Below are positions 32,671 through 41,693 of a stretch of DNA of 41,693 nt, one piece after another. Origin of the DNA: an uncultured Nitrososphaeraceae archaeon (GTDB lineage: Archaea > Thermoproteota > Nitrososphaeria > Nitrososphaerales > Nitrososphaeraceae). The position numbers and the translations under genes are program-made. Each line of letters starts with the position of its first letter. Within the stretch, counting starts at the first letter, position 1. The notes beneath the pieces are model-generated. The model searched no databases and was not told the origin of the DNA. It was given only the letters and a program-made list of their open reading frames with translations. The DNA is taken from contig CAVXZB010000010.1 in NCBI GenBank assembly GCA_963765895.1, positions 1 to 41,693 of the forward strand, read 5' to 3'.

Positions 32671-33107
32671 GATGGCTTCTCAGCCATTTCGGATGTTGCT
32701 GTAGCCGTAGTAGCGGTCGTGGTAATAGCACCTGAACTAAGTTTAGGGGTGTAGGGTTTAATATTGGAAATCGAGAGATTGAGAGACCAGTAACTGCTTG
32801 TAGACTATTCACCACTACATAACCCACATCACTAGGTAGATGAAATGATTGAGTTTGCGATTTGTTTTCATTAACTTTGGTAGAGATGACAGAGGATGTA
32901 TTTCCAACTGTCACTTGTTTATATAATTTTTGATTTCCGTCCTTAAGCATAGATAGTGAGGCAGCAAGTATTTGTATTAATTCCAAGTTTTTTTATTTCA
33001 ACTGCACGTTGAGATCTTTCTTTGTCTCCTAGTGTATGAATATCTGGGAGGACACCGTTTATCTTTTCGGCATAATTGAATTGGCCTCCGTTTTGCATTT
33101 TCATCAT
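32559..33107 (-). pseudogene. Truncated, frameshifted inverted paralog of the 5' part of the MBL-fold gene at 36589..38217
   Basis: Reads KINGVLPDIHTLGDKERSQRAVEIKKLGINTNTCC, FHLPSDVG.VVVNSLQ and YLPNALLITHAHDDHI, all matching the intact gene. Confidence 0.88.
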
Positions 33108-33896
33108 AATGTTTATATTATTTATTATGAAAACATATTAGATAAATCTAACTGTTAGATATAATAAATATATAAAATAGGGTGTAGAAAGAGTTAGTGT
33201 AAGTAAAATTCTCCAAGAATTCTAAATAGCCTAACACTTATAGCCTCAAGCCCATGAAAACTATTCACCATTAGTATGATTTATCTCAAATTCACTAGTG
33301 AACTTGTCATTACTACTTTGATCATTTCTAACTCTTTTTTAATGCGTATTATTAAGGTACGTTACCTTGCTTATTAATTGCTCAGATGTTTCCTTTATTA
33401 TATGGACAGTTCTGAATTTTCAGCGCACTTTTGCCAATGAAAATACCATACAAAGTTTTTGTAAAATGATCGGTAATACAACTTATATTAGTATCTTGTA
33501 AGTTAATTGCTAATCAAATTTCTTTTTCGGACATCAAATGTATTGATTTGCAAAGGAGTCAGCAACCATTTTAAGACTAGTTAGTATTGCTAGCTTCGCA
33601 CCAGATATTCTAGCAACTATTGATGATGAGGAATCATCATCACGGCCATAATGTTGCCATTGTCATAGTAACTCAAATACTAGCCAAGTACTGATATCTA
33701 TATAACTAATTTAAACCCTTACGAACCTTCGAAACGAAATTATCGCTCTTCCTGGTTAATCCTTCAAGTTGTGTACTATAGTATTTGTATCAAAATAATT
33801 ATCTAAAATTTGATAGAAGAATCGAACCGTTTGCGATGGCTATGTTGAAGACAACTATCCATATTATGGGTCGTTTTAACAGCAATATTGTGTTGG

Positions 33897-34104
33897 CCAT
33901 TGTTGGAAGCGTCTATGGCAGGTTAGTTCAGAGCCAAATTCTTTTGGCAACATCTTTCATTGACATCCAGTTAGGACATATAGAATGCCAACAAGGAATA
34001 CCTTCCTAAATAAATGATACTGCTGGACGTCCTATAGTATTAATTGGCTTTTCAGGTGGAAGTATCAACCTTATTTCATCACACAATTCATCTAGATTTT
34101 TCAT
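33897..34104 (-). mobile_element. IS5-family transposase N-terminal (DUF4096-type) relic
   Basis: DELCDEIRLILPPEKPINTIGRPAVSF / RKV...GILYVL.TGCQ*KMLPKEFGSELTCHRRFQQW, with a frameshift, a stop and no DDE domain. Confidence 0.85.
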
Positions 34105-34433
34105 TACAGTGGAAGGCACTTGACTTTATTGTAAGCCACACTTATGAATAAGAAATTAAAATCTATATGTCAATCTTTTTTTGGGATGGGCTCAAAGTCT
34201 GGAAGAATAAGTGATCCTACTGAAGAATATGAAGCAAGCGAACCCTATCGCCTGCCAGGTATCGCGAACTTGCATGCCTTTGTAATATACTATTGTCAGA
34301 GTAATATGTCTTGGACATGCTATAAAATCTAATCGCAATAGAAGTAATACTAAGAAATGAAAAATATGACAATATGTAATTGCCATTCGATATGCAAAAA
34401 GCAATAAAAGATGGCTTTTATCTAGTATTGTGT

Positions 34434-34741
34434 ATGGTAAGAATTAGTGTTATTACTATTCCTCCATTAAGAGATAAGAGTTGGAGATATAATGTGGAAA
34501 TAACTGAGAGTGATGGAAGTGGTTCTAAGACAATTCACCTAGTTACGATGGATAGGGATTATTACATGAACCTGACAGAAAAAGGGCGCATAATACCTGA
34601 AGAATTTATCAAAAAATCATTTGATTTCCTACTTAATAGAGAGTCTAAAGACTCTGTGTTACGACAGTTTGACATCGCTCAGATAAACGATTACTTTCTG
34701 AGTTCGAGAAAGAAATCAAGAATGCATTACATCTCAAGTAA
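34434..34741 (+). CDS. Small conserved hypothetical protein; 1-bp deletion at ~34698 (track ORF 34380..34796)
   Basis: H.VT....YY..LT....PEEFIKKSF.FLL.RE.K.SVL.QFDI..I..YF. Restoring one C gives YFPEFEKEIKNALHLK*. Confidence 0.7.
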
Positions 34742-34798
34742 AAAGGGGTATCTAACCAATTGTGGTTCTTGCACTGTCTTTACTGACAAAGATTAAAC

Positions 34799-34897
34799 AC
34801 AGTGATAAAGACTATGAATGTTGGAAATACTCAAATGGTATCGCATTTAATCCGAGCAATAATGATACATATACACGCTAATTTAAATTCAAATACC
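34799..34897 (+). pseudogene. Single YVTN/YncE beta-propeller repeat relic
   Basis: TVIKTMNVGNT / NGIAFNPSNNDTY / ANLNSNT across frameshifts. Confidence 0.5.
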
Positions 34898-35255
34898 ATG
34901 GCGGAGCCTAGCGAACAGATATTGATAATATATATACTAATTTGTTTATATGGATGATAATTCTGTTTACAGCTAATCAGCCATTAGTTCTTCTTAAGCT
35001 CTGTTCTCCTTTTGGACTATCACAATTTCGTTTGCCGTTAACATCATATTTTATGTTAACTGATATATTCGGGAAGCTATCTCAGTATCATAGCATTCCT
35101 ACGAGGATCAACTTGAAGCCACAATGAAACACTCAGATGTAATAGATAAAATAGGATCTGCGAAAACTGCAAAAATGATAGAGGACAAGTCGTGCTCAAA
35201 AATTTAATAACACTATAGACTAGAGAAAAGAGATATAGTTAATCCTATTCTGTTG

Positions 35256-35986
35256 CTACATCCAGTATTTGATGCTCTTCTTTACAAGCCACCAATTAGC
35301 AGGATATGCAGTTAGTAATCCTAATGCCATACCCACTTGCATCATGAACCAATAAGTGGTCTGCGTTGGCTCTAGTTTAGGGCTAAAGAATACTAGTTGG
35401 TCAATCCCATCCAAATAAATAAACCTATTTCATATGTTATTAATGAAGAGTGTCAGCTTTATAGCTTCCTTAACGCCTTCTTTTTTAGATAATTGTTTTC
35501 CTCTCATTTGCGCATGGGAATAATACTAAATACTGAAATACAATACCCAGCGAATATGCAAAAATAAAATCAACGATATAAGAAGCAAGTAAAGACCAAA
35601 CATAGACAAGGAACCAAAAATATCAACCATTCCCTACTACATCGCCTAGTAAAACTGTTACAACGGGTTGATCCTGTGAACGCTTTTTGTGAAATGGCTT
35701 TTTTTCATGTTCTTCTTGCATTTTCTGCTGATGACTGCACTGTAGCTGTTTATGTTGCCTCCTGACTGCACCTCTTGTTGTTTTACGGATTTTTTGACGA
35801 CTGTAGGCCAATCTTCCTATAGGCCCAATATCCAAAAAACCAAGAAACCAGCATTAACAGGCCATACAATATCATTATACGCATTTTTTTCTGTTTTCCA
35901 ATCCAAATATCGCATATTATTGCAAAAGCGTCGCCAAACCCCTGATCGATATATGATCGATATGATTGTAACCATACTGGAATCAT
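35256..35986 (-). pseudogene. DUF4396 membrane protein, heavily degraded
   Basis: Fragments KKPF, LLGDVVG, FAYSLGIVFQY, KADTL and TYWFMMQVGMALGLLTAYPANWWLVKKSIK, in several frames with stops. Confidence 0.8.
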
Positions 35987-36032
35987 GATATTAAGCTTCT
36001 AGTCTTCTTGATTGCAGTAGCACATAATCTCT

Positions 36033-36163
36033 TCATATTATAGCACAATCTCTATTAAGTTGAATACATCTTTCTAGCGTCTTTGTGTCTTGTTCCACAC
36101 TCCATGATGTATACACAGTTCACAAAATTCAACTTACATCGCAGAAGTCTAAATACGTCTCAT
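36033..36163 (-). pseudogene. Relic of a Cys-rich four-helix-bundle copper storage protein (DUF326/Csp3-like)
   Basis: EFCELCIHH / EQDTKTLERCIQLNRDCAII*, with the TGA where the next Cys is expected. Confidence 0.65.
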
Positions 36164-36329
36164 ATTTGAATTTTGTAATGTTTCCCTAGACATTATATAC
36201 TAGATGGTTGATAAGATATATAATGAATATATGGTTTCTACAAACATAGAAAATGGAAAAATATATTACTTCTTTTTAGTATACAATTCCACAATTGTAA
36301 ACATAGAAAATATATTTCATCAAAAGGTA

Positions 36330-36486
36330 ATGATGTTACATATTCAACAAGATCCTGTATGTGTTATGATGATTGATGAAAGAAAGTCGTAGCATGTGTT
36401 AGAAGTAAGTGGATAAAAAGTTATCTGTGTTATGCGACTGTAAGAGTCAGTTTGATCAAAATTCTGGCAGATGTGGATTTAAATAA
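36330..36486 (+). pseudogene. YHS/TRASH metal-binding domain protein relic; a second YHS-like scrap (NGKIYYF) lies at 36204-36285
   Basis: QDPVCVMMIDERKS*HVLEVSG*KV / YLC / CKSQFDQNSGRCGFK*. Confidence 0.75.
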
Positions 36487-36588
36487 TGCAACAATATCTA
36501 CAATAGTTTAAAGAATCGAAAAAACTTAGGCTGTATTATTCTATAGTTATTATGGATTCGATACATCGAACCGTTACATTTATCTAAT

Positions 36589-38217
36589 ATGCTATCATTA
36601 ATATTATTGATTCGTATGATGCAGCAATCAGATCTTGATTATATAGTTAGAATCAATGGGGTCTTGCCAGACATAAGTACAATAGGAGACGAGCAGGAAT
36701 CAGAACGCGCAGCAGAAGTGAAAGAGTATGGTATTAGTGCAAACACTTCGTGTTCATTGTTCTTAATGAAAAAGAAAGCATCAAAAAGTCCTTTGCCAAC
36801 TGGATCTATGCAAAATTATGGAAGTCAAGCAGAATCTGAAAATCAGTTGACTTTTCATCTACTTGTTGATATTGGTAATGGAGTTTTGGACAGTTTGCAG
36901 TCTATCAGGAATATATCGGATCTCACTTCTGCCAATGCTTACATTAGGACACCAGTTGCTAATTCTAGAAGCTCAGGAATGATGGGAATTACAAAAGACG
37001 CGTCAGATATATCTCAGGATGCGTTCTATCTACCAAATGCTCTTCTCATAACCCATGCACATGATGATCATATACAGGATTTACCATTACTATTGGAAAA
37101 TATAAGGCGATTATCCAACGATGCTACCTTTGAAATATTTTGTACAGCACAATGTCGGGATCAGATTCTTGCCAAATTCCCGGCCATTACTGAAATGGCT
37201 GATGCTAGCAATGTAAATTCTAAAATATCTTGTAAGGTTATAGAACCAAACAAGGCCTTTGAGGTAGGTTCACTGTCAATTATACCGATAGAAGCTTATC
37301 ATGGCGAAAACTCGGCAGGTTCAGTAATTTATGTCGTCAGACTGCCTGACAACAAGAAGATAGTCATTGGTTGGGACCTTCTATCCTTAAAATCTGTAGA
37401 TGAGAGTTTATTATGGAATCCTGATCTATTGATTTTAGGGACCCAGAGTTTTAATCAGCATCCTGAAACTGGGTTAATATCTGTTACAGAATCGTTTAAT
37501 ATAGTTAGAGAGTGGAATGCTAAACAATGTTACTTAGTTCATTACAGGGGTTTATCAGATTTTGAAAATGCAAAAAATCAATGGTTTAGAGGGCCTGCCA
37601 AACCTATGACGTCAGACGAATTGCAAAAAACAATAGATTCATACCTTAAGATTACGGGAAATGATGGTAAATTCAAAATTACTGTAGCAAGAGAGGGAAT
37701 GCTCTGGACTGATAAGGATAATATCCGAATGTCAATGTCAATACCAAATACAACTGGACAAGAAAAATCAAATCCTGGCAAGAGCCAAACTGAACAGTCA
37801 TCATCTAATAGTCCAGAAGAATCTAACAATATGCTGGAACTAGAAGCATTACAAAAGTATGTCATGAGAATTGAAAAAGATCACAAAGAGGATAAAATGA
37901 AACTCACCATTGAGGATAAGATCAATAGATACGATCTAAGATTTGTTCGACCACATAAAGAAATTACAAATGGTAACGCAAGTGCTAGTAGCCAAGAGAA
38001 TTATATACTTACAGCTGAAGGTGAAAAAGGGATGCTTGCAAAAGGTCCAGAGTTACACATGGAGACTTCAGCTAAATTAAATGACTCAGAAGACCTAGAA
38101 GCCTTTGTTGCAAGGGTTAGAGCGTACAAGGGAAAGAAAAATGTATTCAATGATGAAATAATACTTAACAAGATAGATGGGATGAAACTAAATAGGTTCG
38201 TTAAAGAAAACTTTTAG
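36589..38217 (+). CDS. MBL-fold metallo-hydrolase (PhnP/RNase Z-like) with an extra C-terminal domain; likely start at 36616
   Basis: LLVDIGNG, LLITHAHDDH (HxHxDH), EAYHG, IGWD and YLVHY. Confidence 0.88.
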   Translation: MLSLILLIRMMQQSDLDYIVRINGVLPDISTIGDEQESERAAEVKEYGISANTSCSLFLMKKKASKSPLPTGSMQNYGSQAESENQLTFHLLVDIGNGVLDSLQSIRNISDLTSANAYIRTPVANSRSSGMMGITKDASDISQDAFYLPNALLITHAHDDHIQDLPLLLENIRRLSNDATFEIFCTAQCRDQILAKFPAITEMADASNVNSKISCKVIEPNKAFEVGSLSIIPIEAYHGENSAGSVIYVVRLPDNKKIVIGWDLLSLKSVDESLLWNPDLLILGTQSFNQHPETGLISVTESFNIVREWNAKQCYLVHYRGLSDFENAKNQWFRGPAKPMTSDELQKTIDSYLKITGNDGKFKITVAREGMLWTDKDNIRMSMSIPNTTGQEKSNPGKSQTEQSSSNSPEESNNMLELEALQKYVMRIEKDHKEDKMKLTIEDKINRYDLRFVRPHKEITNGNASASSQENYILTAEGEKGMLAKGPELHMETSAKLNDSEDLEAFVARVRAYKGKKNVFNDEIILNKIDGMKLNRFVKENF

Positions 38218-38231
38218 AGTAGGATATTAGT

Positions 38232-39252
<1,021 letters not shown>

Positions 39253-39539
39253 CTATGAATATTCATTTAGAGTAGGCATTTCGGTAAGAGCTGCAAAAGA
39301 TCTGTAACCCTTATCATATTATATTAGTTTAAGGTTTGCCGTGGACTCATATGTCATTTATATTGTCGATAGATTTTTTCTGAGAAAGTCAACAATAAGT
39401 GTTGATAATCCTTCCACTCAATCTATCTCTCTTTCCAGTTTGAACCGCCAGCGATGGAAGTTGGAGGCACCAGACGATGGTCCAAGTAAAACAGATTCAT
39501 GATTTATAAGAACTGTTGATGACGATGATGCTATTACTA

Positions 39540-40008
39540 CTAATCTAAATCCGCATTTAGTCTTTTAGCTAATAATTTATCGTAACTGGTTTTTGATAAA
39601 ATATCCAGTACTTCTTACTTTTGGATATACTTCCCTTAGAGCTCGATATCCACATCTGCTGAAGATATAAAACATACTCTAACGTTGACATCTAATTCCA
39701 GTATCTTCTTACATATTTCAAATCCATTCATATATGGCATGTTAATATCAGTTAGCATTACATCGTAAAAGTTTGGTTTGAATTCTGATAATGCTGTTAT
39801 TGGATTATTGTAAGTATATACATCAAACCTTCTTTTCTTATAATAGTACCCATCTAACCCCACTGTGAAGGTTAAAGTAATATCAGGGTCATCATCTATG
39901 ATAAGGATCTTTTTGAGAAAGCGGTCTTTTTCCTTTTCCTTACTTGTTTCTACAGTGATATTATTAGAACTAGTAGTATTGTTGCCTGCTATCGTAAGAT
40001 CCCGTCAT
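39540..40008 (-). pseudogene. Single-domain response regulator receiver (thaumarchaeal type), disrupted; track fragment 39636..39863
   Basis: KILIIDDDPDI, YDVMLTDINMPYMNGFE, VCFISS, then a shift at ~39640 to LREVYP...FIKKPVTINY*LKRL. There is also an extra G near the start. Confidence 0.85.
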
Positions 40009-40531
40009 CTTGCCCACCATTATAATAGTATACAGTCATCCCATATCAATAATTATTTGTGAGCGTTTCTATTAAACCCAATAATGAAAATTATTTTTAC
40101 TAGTTCATGAATGTCTGTTATCTTTTTATAAAACTTACTAATTGTAATATCTTCATAATTGTAGGATTAAATGAACTAAATATAATCAAGGCTCTGCTGC
40201 CTAACCTATGGACACTCGTTTATCAGAGTCTGTATGAAAAATTGCACAACGAGGATATTATTGGACGCTTTTGATATTCTGACGGATCAAATCTATACAT
40301 AATTTTCATGTAATATCGTGTTCACCATCAGCGATATTTATCCGTCAGGGTTGACTTTCTAAACATTAGATACCATTACACGTTCCTATATATAGGACTG
40401 GATTCGCGCGACTTCACCTAAGAATTCTATCACTCTATAGAAGAGTCTAAGGACGATTATTGAATATAATAATATTGACTCTGATATCCTGATGATATTA
40501 AGACATAATGATGGCTTGGGCCTACCTCGTA

Positions 40532-41239
40532 CTACGTTTTCTTTATCAGATTACCTTTCATCAGTACAAATTCTGCCTCCGTAATTACCCCTTGGTCCTT
40601 TAGCCTTGCAAGTTTAGCTAATTCATCAGCTATCGATGTTAATGGATGGTTATCTGATTGATTTCGAGTATTTATCGTCGTTCCTTCATTTTCTAGAGGT
40701 TCTGATTGTACTTGAACTGATGCTCCATCTTGTTTGTTTGATAGAGTGTAAGGTGTTTTTTTACTACCTTGCATTCCGGATCTTATTATTTCAACTAAAT
40801 CCTCTGCTTTTTTCTTTGATATTGATTCAATTTTCCCACCTTCTTCATCCTCGTGTCCATCAATGATCTCTTCCATCATACCTAATCTAGTAGAACTGAC
40901 TAACCCCGGAGCTTTAAACTTAATTGTAGATGACAAGATATTCTTCTCAAGCTTGACACTTGTAATAATATCGTATGGGATATCGACAATATTTTCCTTA
41001 AGCCCTAGCATGTATGGATCTCTTATGATTATCCTTCTGTCTGTAGCATATACTATATTTGGTGTCATATAGGATCCTCCTGGTTTTATTCTGGATTGCT
41101 TTGCAACAAGTAAGATCTGCTCATCAGGATTTAACATTTCAGCAATCTTGGTTATCTCAGCTAACTCATCTCTATCCTTTATCTTTGTAGTAAATAGGCT
41201 GGCATTCTTTTTCTTGCTGCTACCAAATCCAAAGGGCAT
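40532..41239 (-). CDS. Bacterial-type PH domain protein with a C-terminal SHOCT domain
   Basis: L..DEQIL.VAKQ, YATDRRIII, DIPY..ITSV, and SIADELAKLARLKDQGVITEAEF..MK..LI (SHOCT). Confidence 0.9.
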   Translation of the reverse strand: MPFGFGSSKKKNASLFTTKIKDRDELAEITKIAEMLNPDEQILLVAKQSRIKPGGSYMTPNIVYATDRRIIIRDPYMLGLKENIVDIPYDIITSVKLEKNILSSTIKFKAPGLVSSTRLGMMEEIIDGHEDEEGGKIESISKKKAEDLVEIIRSGMQGSKKTPYTLSNKQDGASVQVQSEPLENEGTTINTRNQSDNHPLTSIADELAKLARLKDQGVITEAEFVLMKGNLIKKT

Positions 41240-41693
41240 GTATGCTGTGGTAAATTAATGATTATGATGTATTTAAGATCATGTCTATTTTCTGGACAGT
41301 GATGATAGAATGTTGATCATAGTAGTGCAATGTAGTATTGTGTACACCACCTTGAAGTCTCCGTCCTAGATTCTCTGTTCAAAAAGAGGGTAGGAGAGCA
41401 ACGATCAATTGATTAAAGGTAATGTATTCAATTTGCGTGATAAAAGATATGTCTAATTATTGAAGAGGGTATCGCGTTATGAGACATTATCAGGCATGGT
41501 TCCACATTGTGGTTACGCGGCCTACATTCACTATTAATTTCTGATCTATTTCAGAGTATAGAAAATGTGCACAGATAGATATATCCATTTCGACAACTTG
41601 TACTCCTGTATACATATGGCTGCACTTATGTAAGTAGAAATCTATAATATATCAAACATGAGGCAAAAAAGAGATACTGATTCATAATAAGAC

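Noticed and set aside
33785-34009. 74-aa plus-strand ORF
   Set aside because: Largely antisense to the IS5 transposase relic.
40384-40397. Palindrome TCCTATATATAGGA (also TTCACTAGTGAA at 33291-33302)
   Set aside because: Short and AT-rich, so expected by chance in 41 kb of this composition.

Overview
AT-rich, low-coding-density window that looks like a soil ammonia-oxidising archaeon (Nitrososphaeraceae/Thaumarchaeota). This is inferred from a stand-alone Lrp/AsnC ligand domain, a PEF-CTERM surface protein, single-domain receivers, PsbP-like and PH+SHOCT proteins, and a CopC-CopD-beta-propeller fusion. I saw no rRNA, tRNA or CRISPR array. The left half holds a broken two-HKD phospholipase D next to a secreted lipase, a phosphoribosyltransferase, a DUF1326/DUF2182 pair, a SAM methyltransferase, a PPOX-class flavin/F420 enzyme and a frameshifted DUF4231 (SLATT-like) gene. 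It also holds an intact bacterial-type two-component pair: a receiver-glutaredoxin-like-thioredoxin reductase-like fusion lacking both CxxC motifs, plus a cNMP-domain histidine kinase. SnoaL, hemerythrin and ABM genes follow. The right half (about 24.3-39.3 kb) is a putative cell-surface copper acquisition/homeostasis island. It has an ArsR regulator, three exported proteins predicted to start with His after signal cleavage, a PEF-CTERM protein and the CopCD fusion. It also has unannotated relics of DUF4396, Csp3-like Cu storage, YHS and IS5 genes, and an inverted partial duplicate of an MBL-fold hydrolase gene. Many genes are split by single-base indels, some probably assembly errors, and carry microsatellite-encoded low-complexity inserts. 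All family calls come from motif recognition by eye, not database searches.
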